Positions 1-7,295 of a stretch of 64,000 nt of DNA are shown one piece after another; position 1 is the stretch's first letter, and every line of letters begins with the position of its first letter. Made by a program: the position numbers and the translations under genes. The stretch is from contig CALBHK010000018.1 of the NCBI GenBank assembly GCA_937894565.1, positions 2,717 to 66,716 of the forward strand, given 5' to 3'. A model generated the notes under the pieces. The model was not told the DNA's origin. It ran no database searches and saw only the letters and a program-made list of their open reading frames with translations. This DNA comes from an uncultured Chlamydiae bacterium. GTDB lineage: Bacteria; Chlamydiota; Chlamydiia; Chlamydiales; CALBHK01.

Positions 1-177
1 TCCGAACATAGTCACACGATGCCATTCTGTTTTCTCTTGCTTATCTCCATTCTTATCTTTCCAATTGTCAGTGGTGGCTATAATTAAGTTTGCTATAGCA
101 TCACCGCCAGATGAATATCTAATTTCTGGATCATTTCCAAGGTTTCCTATTATTGTTGCTCTGTTAACTGATGCCAT
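1..177 (-). CDS. ssb: single-stranded DNA-binding protein, N-terminal part (gene continues past left edge)
   Basis: Not in ORF track (open-ended). Minus-strand translation from ATG 177-175 gives MASVNRATIIGNLGNDPEIRYSSGGDAIANLIIATTDNWKDKNGDKQEKTEWHRVTMFG, a canonical OB-fold SSB N-terminus. Confidence 0.85.
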   Translation of the reverse strand, partial: MASVNRATIIGNLGNDPEIRYSSGGDAIANLIIATTDNWKDKNGDKQEKTEWHRVTMFG

Positions 178-763
178 TTATAGTTCCTTTATTACCGTAA
201 TTTTCTAAATCAATCTTGAAATCCATCCATCCATCTAACAATTTTTTGAAATAACTGTTATCCGGCATTAATTCCATTTGCGCTATCTTTTCTTCTGTAC
301 CGTCAGAACACACAAATATTAACTTGCTCGCGCCTGTTACCATCATAATCTGCTGGCATTGCGGCTCATATTCTTTTGGCAATATTCCTTTGCTGACTGA
401 ATCATGAAGTCTCAAGTTAAATAGCTTGTGTTCGAAAGCAATTGAGCCATTTATTGTTATGCCATCAACTGACGCCATTAAGTCACTCATTACATACACA
501 GCAGGAAACAAGTCATCGTTTATTTGTTTTTCAATTATTCTTCTAGCGCTTTCTTCTGCTTCGTGTCCGCGCTGAAAAAGATTAAGCGTGTAGCTGTTGT
601 ATTCTTTTTCAATTCCGGTGTACTTTTTAAAAAGTAGTTCGTCGCGTGTCATGTGTTTTGATATATCTAGCATTGCTGATGCTTCGCTAGAACTAAAGTA
701 ATTATTTCTAAACGCCAGCCATTCATCAGTTCCTTGTTTTAAGTTACAGATTACGCCTGCCAT
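164..763 (-). CDS. YqaJ-like recombination exonuclease (PD-(D/E)XK)
   Basis: 199 aa. GTDEWLAFRNNYFSSSEASAML resembles the YqaJ N-terminal motif. Sits between ERF and SSB with overlapping stop/start codons. Confidence 0.75.
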   Translation of the reverse strand: MAGVICNLKQGTDEWLAFRNNYFSSSEASAMLDISKHMTRDELLFKKYTGIEKEYNSYTLNLFQRGHEAEESARRIIEKQINDDLFPAVYVMSDLMASVDGITINGSIAFEHKLFNLRLHDSVSKGILPKEYEPQCQQIMMVTGASKLIFVCSDGTEEKIAQMELMPDNSYFKKLLDGWMDFKIDLENYGNKGTINGIS

Positions 764-1332
764 GATTTAATCTCGTCTATCTGCTTATCTGTAACCGTGT
801 ACTTAGTGCTTAAGATAGATATAAGATCATCGATTGACTTGCCTTTGCTAATAGATTCTTTCCATTTGTTTTTAATTTTAGCAAAGTTTTCAGCGGATAG
901 ATCAGGCAGTTTTGTTTTAATTCCTGATGCAGCGTTTCCATCATAGTCTTCATCTTCTGCGGCAAGTCCAATAATAGCCATGTACGCATAGCGGCGCGCA
1001 TAAGTTAGTGCTGATCCAAGCTCTTGCGGGCCTTGTTTAGTAGATATAATTGGATAGTAACCTCTAATCCATTGTCCTGAGCTGTGCGTTAGTTGCGTTA
1101 TAAGCACAGGACGCAAATCTACTGTCTCGTAATCAGTGGATTGACTAATCGCAAGTCCGTTATCTGTTAGTAGTTTTCTTGATGCGTCTATAACTTCAGG
1201 CAATCCTGCATATTTTGATTTATAAAACGGATTATCTTCTTTCTTCTTTGCATGTTTAAGTCCGGCTTGAACTTTAACAAGCGCAGCGAATAAGTCTTTT
1301 ATTTCTTCTGTTTGGTAGATGCGCTCAGTCAT
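751..1332 (-). CDS. erf: ERF-family single-strand annealing protein
   Basis: 193 aa. NPFYKSKYAGLPEVIDA and GSALTYARRYAYMAIIGL match the conserved core of P22 Erf-type proteins. Confidence 0.75.
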   Translation of the reverse strand: MTERIYQTEEIKDLFAALVKVQAGLKHAKKKEDNPFYKSKYAGLPEVIDASRKLLTDNGLAISQSTDYETVDLRPVLITQLTHSSGQWIRGYYPIISTKQGPQELGSALTYARRYAYMAIIGLAAEDEDYDGNAASGIKTKLPDLSAENFAKIKNKWKESISKGKSIDDLISILSTKYTVTDKQIDEIKSWQA

Positions 1333-1337
1333 TTTAT

Positions 1338-1688
1338 TTATTCCTTAAATTTTTCTAGTAACTTATTAAGTTTTTCTATATGATCAATCGCGTAGTTTGT
1401 GACTTTGATAATGTTGCGTAGCTTTTCTAGTCTTTCTTCAGAAGAAGAAAAACTAAGATCAGAAATATTATTTAATGAATTCTGTAAATCTTCTTGAGCA
1501 TATTTATGATTGCTTGATATGCTTTGCAATAAACAATTTCTTAACAAAAAAAGCTCGCATTCAGTAAATTTTTCATTTTCTCTCATTTGATCGAATTCCT
1601 CTCTATAAAATAATTGACTATTTTGTCTGTCTGCGTGAACAAATTCGATAAATTTGTTCATTAGTATCTTTTTATATTTCTCGTCCAT
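1338..1688 (-). CDS. hypothetical early protein
   Basis: 116-aa ORF packed in the leftward operon. GAGAGG lies upstream of the ATG. No recognisable motif. Confidence 0.5.
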   Translation of the reverse strand: MDEKYKKILMNKFIEFVHADRQNSQLFYREEFDQMRENEKFTECELFLLRNCLLQSISSNHKYAQEDLQNSLNNISDLSFSSSEERLEKLRNIIKVTNYAIDHIEKLNKLLEKFKE

Positions 1689-1690
1689 GT

Positions 1691-1804
1691 TTACTTGCCT
1701 CTCACTATCAAATCAATCCGTCTAAATATAAAGACTCCTTCCACCGCGTCTTTCAAGCTCATTCCTGATTTTTTAAGCCTGAAAAATAGTTTGATGTATT
1801 TCAT
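1691..1804 (-). CDS. hypothetical small protein (37 aa)
   Basis: Below track cutoff: MKYIKLFFRLKKSGMSLKDAVEGVFIFRRIDLIVRGK. ATGA overlap with the upstream stop. Fills an otherwise empty gap. Confidence 0.3.
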   Translation of the reverse strand: MKYIKLFFRLKKSGMSLKDAVEGVFIFRRIDLIVRGK

Positions 1805-1986
1805 TTGTTACTTATCTCGTTTAGTAAACAAATAGCAGATTCTCCATTAAAAGAATTAAGATTTATAAGAGTATTAAATGTGAGTTTTTTCATGTCAGAA
1901 CTATTCATAACAATCTTGTTGTCAATTAATTCATCGGCCATTTCTTCAGTTAATGATACGTATTCTTTTAGTAAGTAGTTTTTCAT
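1801..1986 (-). CDS. hypothetical early protein
   Basis: 61-aa ORF with 4-nt overlaps to both neighbours. Confidence 0.45.
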   Translation of the reverse strand: MKNYLLKEYVSLTEEMADELIDNKIVMNSSDMKKLTFNTLINLNSFNGESAICLLNEISNK

Positions 1987-2183
1987 AACTCACCATCCTG
2001 ATGACAGGCATAAACCAGTTGATCGTTATATCGTTCCATTCCATCATCAAAGCTTTGTTTAAGCACAGCAAGGCACATCATCACAACCACCGCAACAAAG
2101 CACCAAGTAAATACTTCTAACTTCTCACTTTCTTTTTGCGCTCTAAAGTTTTTTAGATCAGTGTTTTTATCAATTAGTCTCAT
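1983..2183 (-). CDS. small membrane protein
   Basis: 66 aa. The hydrophobic stretch VFTWCFVAVVVMMCLAVL predicts one TM helix. Confidence 0.45.
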   Translation of the reverse strand: MRLIDKNTDLKNFRAQKESEKLEVFTWCFVAVVVMMCLAVLKQSFDDGMERYNDQLVYACHQDGEL

Positions 2184-2212
2184 ATAAATTTATATAACTT
2201 AATGGTTTTTTA

Positions 2213-2332
2213 TTAATGGCCAGAGCCATCGCCATAGCCATAGCCATCGCCAGAGCCAGAGCCAGAGCCATAGCCATAGCCAGAGCCATCGCCATCGCCA
2301 TAGCCATAGCCACTATTATTTACTGTCGCCAT
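2213..2332 (-). CDS. Gly-(Ser/Asp/Tyr) dipeptide-repeat peptide (39 aa)
   Basis: Own translation: MATVNNSGYGYGDGDGSGYGYGSGSGSGDGYGYGDGSGH. Overlaps the stop of the upstream gene. Homologous ORF at 39511..39729 in the same relative position. Confidence 0.45.
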   Translation of the reverse strand: MATVNNSGYGYGDGDGSGYGYGSGSGSGDGYGYGDGSGH

Positions 2333-2766
2333 ACCTTAACCGCCTCAATAGAGTCTTTCGCTTTTTTTGTAACGTCTAATATTTCAATTGCATCAGTTAC
2401 TAAGATTTTAGAAACAGCTTCTGGAAATTTGCAGTCATTCGGTTTAGTTGTTCCATCAATAGCCATTTGACTAAGTGACGCCGCTCCCGACCAATACCAT
2501 AATCGACGAGCCTGTATAATAATTGCTTCTTGTCCGTTTAGTGATTTCAGATATCCAGCAAAAACTCCAGAGCGGTCGCAACGAATGATTTTATATTCTA
2601 AACCGTTCAACGATTCTGCTTTTGTGTTTTGAGCTGCGCTTTTTAAAACGTACTCTAATCCGTTAATTGTAACTGTGTCTTGCGTAATGTTCATTTTCTT
2701 TACCTTTCGCTTTATTTTGCGTTTAATTGTTTTTTTTATTTTCTTTTTAGTCATCAGTGATTTCAT
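2320..2766 (-). CDS. conserved phage protein with RLWYWSGA motif (function unknown)
   Basis: 148 aa. IIRCDRSGVFAGYL...ARRLWYWSGAASLSQMA is homologous to 39707..40138. The Lys-rich N-terminus may be an over-extension; alternative start is ATG 2694. Confidence 0.6.
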   Translation of the reverse strand: MKSLMTKKKIKKTIKRKIKRKVKKMNITQDTVTINGLEYVLKSAAQNTKAESLNGLEYKIIRCDRSGVFAGYLKSLNGQEAIIIQARRLWYWSGAASLSQMAIDGTTKPNDCKFPEAVSKILVTDAIEILDVTKKAKDSIEAVKVWRQ

Positions 2767-2972
2767 AAATTATCCAGATATTCGCATTTCGTTTCATTCA
2801 TCTCTTCTTTTATTTCTTCCATGGTTTTTATTAATCTTGGCCGAGATCCTCTCAAAGATTTAATTTTCCAAAACAAATCATCAGCAAACCAAACTCGATA
2901 GTCGTTGTCGATTATGTAGATGCTGTCTTTTTCTTCGTTATAATAAACCAGCTCTTTCACGACTCCCTCCAA
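2763..2972 (-). CDS. hypothetical early protein
   Basis: 69-aa ORF with ATGA-type overlap to the downstream gene. Confidence 0.5.
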   Translation of the reverse strand: MEGVVKELVYYNEEKDSIYIIDNDYRVWFADDLFWKIKSLRGSRPRLIKTMEEIKEEMNETKCEYLDNL

Positions 2973-3256
2973 GCCTTCAACTCAGCAAGGGCCTTGCGAG
3001 CACCACCACCCATGTCCTGTATTACTGGAGTATCTGGCTTATTGGCGGGTCTAATAACGTGATTGTCTTTGTTTCCATAAAACTCTAGAGCCTTCTCCAG
3101 CTTTTCAATAATACCCGCGCAGTCGTTATGTGCGGCGGTGTACCCAGTTTTATAATCGCTAGTACGCATCCACCAAAGCTCATTTCTTTCACGACAAAAT
3201 TTATCGCCGTGCTCGTTTGCTAGCTTATCTCTTCTCTCGAGTTGTTTTTCGGTCAT
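2957..3256 (-). CDS. hypothetical early protein
   Basis: 99-aa ORF in operon context. Confidence 0.5.
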   Translation of the reverse strand: MTEKQLERRDKLANEHGDKFCRERNELWWMRTSDYKTGYTAAHNDCAGIIEKLEKALEFYGNKDNHVIRPANKPDTPVIQDMGGGARKALAELKAWRES

Positions 3257-3259
3257 AAA

Positions 3260-3499
3260 TCAAATCCAAATTGTTTCAATATTTTCTGCATCTTTAGCTC
3301 CGCAAAAATGTTTTAACCATTCTACAAAATTGTAATATTTTGGACCTTCGAGATTTCTATATTTTGGCAGGTAAACATATTCATACCATTTCTCATATTC
3401 TTTGCGTTTCGATTTTAAATCTATGTTTTGATTCAATTCAATAATTTCACAACTGGCGTCGGCCCAGTCGCCACCAGAGTAAATTGCTACGATTTTCAT
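3260..3499 (-). CDS. hypothetical early protein
   Basis: 79-aa ORF in operon context. Confidence 0.5.
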   Translation of the reverse strand: MKIVAIYSGGDWADASCEIIELNQNIDLKSKRKEYEKWYEYVYLPKYRNLEGPKYYNFVEWLKHFCGAKDAENIETIWI

Positions 3500-3786
3500 T
3501 TCAGCTCCCCTAATTTATTTTCAACTGCTGCGAGGGTAGAATCTATTAATTGTTCAAGCGGTTGATTTTGCGCAATCATCGCAACACCTGCACAAAGTCT
3601 TAAAATTTGGTCCTGTCGTTTTACAATCTCAAGAAGTTGTTTCATTATTTCTACGTCGATTGAGTGTTGATAGCGAGCGCCCTCAGCATGTGAAAACTCA
3701 TCAAGAGCAAAATGATGTTTTTGGTCTATTACATTAAATTGCTCGTGTACGGCTGGCTCATCAAACTCTAGGAAACTGTGATTCAT
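3496..3786 (-). CDS. hypothetical early protein
   Basis: 96-aa ORF with 4-nt overlaps on both sides. Confidence 0.5.
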   Translation of the reverse strand: MNHSFLEFDEPAVHEQFNVIDQKHHFALDEFSHAEGARYQHSIDVEIMKQLLEIVKRQDQILRLCAGVAMIAQNQPLEQLIDSTLAAVENKLGELK

Positions 3787-4052
3787 CGCTTACCCTTTTT
3801 TTCGAGCTGCTCAATACGATTTGCGAGCGCCTGAATTCGCATTTCTGCTATAGCGTAATTTTCGCTAATTTTTGAATCAAGGCGGTCATTACTTAAATAA
3901 GACATTATAGTTCTTTGATAAACTGTATTGCACCTATCTACAAATTCTTGATGTCGCGCTTGTGTGGCATCATAAAAATTCACCAGCCGCATAATGACAG
4001 AAATAATTAAAGCCCCAATTACTGCGCCTATTGCTATTTGCATCCAATCCAT
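3783..4052 (-). CDS. membrane-anchored coiled-coil protein
   Basis: 89 aa. N-terminal hydrophobic IAIGAVIGALIISVIM, then a charged helical tail. Confidence 0.5.
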   Translation of the reverse strand: MDWMQIAIGAVIGALIISVIMRLVNFYDATQARHQEFVDRCNTVYQRTIMSYLSNDRLDSKISENYAIAEMRIQALANRIEQLEKKGKR

Positions 4053-4180
4053 TATCGTCTCCCAATCATTGTTTTAAAAATAAATAAAAAAAAATGAACC
4101 AAACAAAACACAAATACGACATTGAATATAAAAAGCATAAAAAGGTGATCCCAAGATAAATTATTAATCGTGTTGGTCAT
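4052..4180 (-). CDS. small membrane protein (42 aa)
   Basis: Below track cutoff: MTNTINNLSWDHLFMLFIFNVVFVFCLVHFFLFIFKTMIGRR. TAATG overlaps at both ends link it to its neighbours. Confidence 0.4.
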   Translation of the reverse strand: MTNTINNLSWDHLFMLFIFNVVFVFCLVHFFLFIFKTMIGRR

Positions 4181-4563
4181 TATTTACCCCCGCAAGTCGA
4201 TTTGTGTCGTTTCTTTGGTTGAGTCATTTTTGGAACCTTAACGGGCTTCTGCTCTAACGTCTCAGGATCTACGATTTGGATTATTGTATATTCGCGACAT
4301 TCTTCTTTCGGCTTTACTGTTGGAGGGGCGGAAAAGAAAACCATTGTTGAGACAAAAACCATTCCTAACATGATAGCGATGGGATCAATGAAGCCTTTAT
4401 TATTCTTATTGATCGAAGAGATTAACTCGTTGATTCGCAAAGTTTTCTTTTCTGATCGCTTAAGCCAAACCCACGCGCATGTATTTGCAATCCCTAAAAA
4501 GATACAGAAGAAAATTAAATATTCCTTCCAAGTCATCGCGTTAATTATTTCTAACAAGTTCAT
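4180..4563 (-). CDS. membrane protein (two predicted TM helices)
   Basis: The track ORF extends to 4596 with a non-ATG start. ATG 4563 is preceded by AAAGGAG at 7-nt spacing. Hydrophobic segments: YLIFFCIFLGIANTCAWVW and AIMLGMVFVSTMVFF. Confidence 0.55.
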   Translation of the reverse strand: MNLLEIINAMTWKEYLIFFCIFLGIANTCAWVWLKRSEKKTLRINELISSINKNNKGFIDPIAIMLGMVFVSTMVFFSAPPTVKPKEECREYTIIQIVDPETLEQKPVKVPKMTQPKKRHKSTCGGK

Positions 4564-4630
4564 TTTTTTTACTCCTTTAAAAAGTTCCGGGGACACAAGA
4601 CCGGCCCGGCCCGGGGGTACACCAAAAAAT

Positions 4631-4810
4631 TCAGCAATTTGTTTTTTGTGTTAAGTCCGTTGTGCTCGGATTTGTTATAGGTTTAGTCGGCGGCTTTTTA
4701 TCATAGTCCTTACCGCGATTGTTAAATGGGTGAACGTATTCTTTGTAATTTTCCACGCGCTTAATTTTACCGCCACGCTTTAAAAATTCTTCGATGGTTT
4801 CAGTTTTCAA
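4631..4810 (-). CDS. hypothetical small protein (59 aa, TTG start)
   Basis: Own translation: (M)KTETIEEFLKRGGKIKRVENYKEYVHPFNNRGKDYDKKPPTKPITNPSTTDLTQKTNC. Non-ATG start, so weak. Confidence 0.3.
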   Translation of the reverse strand: MKTETIEEFLKRGGKIKRVENYKEYVHPFNNRGKDYDKKPPTKPITNPSTTDLTQKTNC

Positions 4811-4883
4811 AAAACGCTCCCATAAATAAAATACAAAGTCCCTGCGACGAAAATTAAAAGCACGAGTGCTGATAAGTGTTCAT

Positions 4884-5126
4884 TCATTTAAGTCCCACAG
4901 ATTCCAAGTATTTCACATACTCATTCACTAAGGATTTTTTCATAACTGCCGGATTAATTTTTAAAACTGTGCAATATGCACTAGCCGAATATTCCGGAAG
5001 TTTTGAGTGCTTGTTTTCAACTAACGAAACAAACTGCGGATTCGGATAGCTTAGCGAGTCTGCTAGTTGTCTTTGTGTCATTTTGCGCTTTTCACGATAT
5101 TTTTTTATTAATTCTCCTGGGTTCAT
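4884..5126 (-). CDS. XRE-family helix-turn-helix protein
   Basis: 80 aa. KMTQRQLADSLSYPNPQFVSLVENKHSKLP is a typical HTH_3 pattern. Confidence 0.7.
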   Translation of the reverse strand: MNPGELIKKYREKRKMTQRQLADSLSYPNPQFVSLVENKHSKLPEYSASAYCTVLKINPAVMKKSLVNEYVKYLESVGLK

Positions 5127-5491
5127 TAGTCGATCACCTGTCTGCTTTCTTCGAGCATGTGGTCATATTCCATGAGTGGGCTTAGAAAATATTTTCCCTG
5201 TGGAATCTGCTGTGCGTGGTGTTCAGCGTGTTTTGGGCGCTTAACTAAATGGTCCTCAACGTGATCTAATTTTGTTTCTTTAATAACATTTAGAAAAACC
5301 GTGTCGCCTTTTTTTAATAGCTGGAATTTACCGCCGTAAAGCGCGTGGCTGTTGGTTTGCCCTTTTAGCAAAAGATTCCCTTTAATGGGTTTCGCTTCCG
5401 CCGGAATGTCGTCAAACTCTTGGATGAAAAATCCTTTAACGCCACATTTTTTTAAAATCACATCGCCTTGCTGGAAAATTATATTATTCAT
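5126..5491 (-). CDS. hypothetical early protein
   Basis: ATG 5491 forms an ATGA overlap with the upstream stop (track start 5539 is less likely). Starts MNNIIFQQGDVILKK. Confidence 0.5.
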   Translation of the reverse strand: MNNIIFQQGDVILKKCGVKGFFIQEFDDIPAEAKPIKGNLLLKGQTNSHALYGGKFQLLKKGDTVFLNVIKETKLDHVEDHLVKRPKHAEHHAQQIPQGKYFLSPLMEYDHMLEESRQVID

Positions 5492-6564
5492 GACAAAACC
5501 TTTGGTTCGATAAATTGAGTTAATCCATTTCTGAAACATATGGCCTCTTTCACTGTTTTAATTCCTGGTTTAACGCCTTCGATATGGAACACGTCTTTCA
5601 TTGATGGGTTTTGCATTTTTAAATAAGGTCGTTTGTTGCCGCTGTTGTTGAAGTCAATCATTAGAAGCTCGTATTTACCCCCTACCTTTGATTTGTAGGT
5701 ATCTACGGTTTCAGCACCAAGCATTTCAACGGTTTTTGTAATTCCAAGTTTTCTAGAAATTTCACGGCGGCAATCAACGTTAGTTTCATTCAAAAACATT
5801 TCCTTTGTAATTTTGTCAGCCGGTGTTTCAATGTATTCTTTTTTCATCTTAACGCCGTTTGAGTAATGCAATCCGTAGGTATCACGATATTCTAATGATG
5901 GATTATCGAAAGAGTGCATTTGATGGCGTTCATTGATTCTGATCGCTTTTGGAAAGTCTGAAATGAAAACGATCTCTTTAAAAGCCAAGTAATAATGTAA
6001 CTCGGGCCAAACATCTAAAAATTCTGTGAATAATTTAAATTCTTTTTTATTTTCTGGAAAAACTTCATTTAGCAAGTAGTCGTAAAAACCCGTCCATCCA
6101 GGCCACCACCATAAAGAAACACACCAGCCAAAATATTCGAGTTTATGTGAGTCAAGCTGTGAGCGAAGCTGTGAGCCAAGCTGTGAGCCAAGCTGTGAGT
6201 AAAGCTGTGAGCGAAGCTGTGAGTAAAGCTGTGAGCGAAGCTGTGAGCCAAGCTGTGAGTCAAGCTGTGAGTCAAGCTGTGAGCGAAGCTGTGAGCGAAG
6301 CTGTGAGTCAAGCTGTGAGTCAAGCCGTGTAGAATCAAGCTTCGTGTTCTTAATTAAATTTGCAGCCAACTGACAGGCCATTGGAGAATCTAAAAAGATC
6401 ACGTATTTCGGTTTGTCAATTTTTAAGATTTTCTCATATAAAAGATTAACGGCTTTTTTTGCTAATTTCTTATCTACAGTTTTTGTCCTGTATCCTTTTT
6501 TCAGCCATTTATTTAAATAAACCGGCACTTTCTTTTGTTGATCTTTGGTTAATTTTTCAATCAT
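5488..6564 (-). CDS. hypothetical protein with internal (x-S-Q-L)n tetrapeptide repeat
   Basis: 358 aa. Non-repetitive N- and C-terminal domains (FGWCVSLWWWPGWTGFYDY...) flank about 15 xSQL units. Confidence 0.6.
   Translation of the reverse strand: MIEKLTKDQQKKVPVYLNKWLKKGYRTKTVDKKLAKKAVNLLYEKILKIDKPKYVIFLDSPMACQLAANLIKNTKLDSTRLDSQLDSQLRSQLRSQLDSQLDSQLGSQLRSQLYSQLRSQLYSQLGSQLGSQLRSQLDSHKLEYFGWCVSLWWWPGWTGFYDYLLNEVFPENKKEFKLFTEFLDVWPELHYYLAFKEIVFISDFPKAIRINERHQMHSFDNPSLEYRDTYGLHYSNGVKMKKEYIETPADKITKEMFLNETNVDCRREISRKLGITKTVEMLGAETVDTYKSKVGGKYELLMIDFNNSGNKRPYLKMQNPSMKDVFHIEGVKPGIKTVKEAICFRNGLTQFIEPKVLS
6149..6328 (-). repeat. 15 x 12-nt in-frame tandem repeat (GAGNNAAGCTGT on + strand)
   Basis: Perfect 12-nt phasing. 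Units differ almost only at two adjacent bases, giving D/R/G/Y at one codon (GAC/CGC/GGC/TAC). Confidence 0.9.
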
Positions 6565-6565
6565 T

Positions 6566-6727
6566 TTACACCTCTGTAATTAGTTTTAAGTCTGTTGGTT
6601 TGGTAAATCTGAAAACATCCCACGCGTATGAATTGCGATCGATTGAAGAGTCGGGGACTAGCATGAGAAAAACGCCGTTAGTTTCAAAAAGATAGTCGTC
6701 GAATAGTTCAGAGAAATAGATTTTCAT
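6566..6727 (-). CDS. hypothetical small protein (53 aa)
   Basis: ATG 6727 lies 1 nt after the ParB-like stop. The longer track ORF (to 6844) would overlap the upstream gene by 116 nt. Confidence 0.4.
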   Translation of the reverse strand: MKIYFSELFDDYLFETNGVFLMLVPDSSIDRNSYAWDVFRFTKPTDLKLITEV

Positions 6728-6728
6728 T

Positions 6729-7295
6729 TTATACGCCAAATCCGAGTTGATTTTTGTTTTCTGGTTCGTCTTCAAAATCAATTTTCTTTTTTTCTGTTGA
6801 ATCCCAAGCCTTTGAAAATTCTTTATCTTTAAATAAATCAGCAATCCCAGTGATTTGCTTTAATCTTAATAGCTCGTCTTTATCCATTCCGACATGCTTT
6901 AGGATCCAAGCGTCTGACATTCCTGCTTTTGTGAGCTCAGAAACAATGTTAGACATTAGCTCAATCGAATGAGACCCCCTTGCGCGGTTGTGACGAATTG
7001 TTGAAGCCATCCGATTTGACTCATCTTTGTCGATGACAACAACAGGCAACAGGCCTTTTTCGCGATCTCTAATTCTTTTTGATCGCATCATGGTTGTATA
7101 GCGATGAAACCCGTCTACGATTTCAAAAACGTCTTCTGTTGGAATGTAATAACAAACGACAGGCATCGTGTAGCCGTCTTCCCAGATCGACGTTTCTAAG
7201 AGTTCCATTTCTGGCGGTGCAACAGAGTTTGGGTTGTAAGTATTAGCTCTTATTTTTTCTAATGGTACGGCTTGCACCTTATAAACTGGACTCAT
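6729..7295 (-). CDS. ParB-like nuclease domain protein (IbrB/DndB-like)
   Basis: 188 aa. VPLEKIRANTYNPNSV...FEIVDGFHRYTTM is the ParB/Srx N-terminal signature. Overlaps the stop of the PAPS-reductase-like gene. Confidence 0.75.
   Translation of the reverse strand: MSPVYKVQAVPLEKIRANTYNPNSVAPPEMELLETSIWEDGYTMPVVCYYIPTEDVFEIVDGFHRYTTMMRSKRIRDREKGLLPVVVIDKDESNRMASTIRHNRARGSHSIELMSNIVSELTKAGMSDAWILKHVGMDKDELLRLKQITGIADLFKDKEFSKAWDSTEKKKIDFEDEPENKNQLGFGV

Noticed and set aside
2216-2470. Track ORF + strand, 84 aa, starting MARAIAIAIAIARARARAIAIA
   Set aside because: It is the antisense reading of the Gly-rich repeat ORF (2213..2332) and of the 3' end of 2320..2766. It is a low-complexity artefact of the hexanucleotide repeat.
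4586-4622. G+C-rich block CCGGGGACACAAGACCGGCCCGGCCCGGGGGTACACC in the early operon, considered as a terminator or palindromic element
   Set aside because: Only a 4-bp stem can form with a feasible loop. On the minus strand the similar halves (GTGTACCCCCGG / GTGTCCCCGG) are direct, not inverted, repeats, and there is no T-run. The significance is unclear.
6069-6338. Track ORFs 6069..6338 (-) and 6147..6332 (+) with HSLTHSFAHS / AVSQAVSEAVS repeats
   Set aside because: They are other frames or strands of the 12-nt tandem array. Only the 358-aa frame continues into non-repetitive, protein-like flanks.
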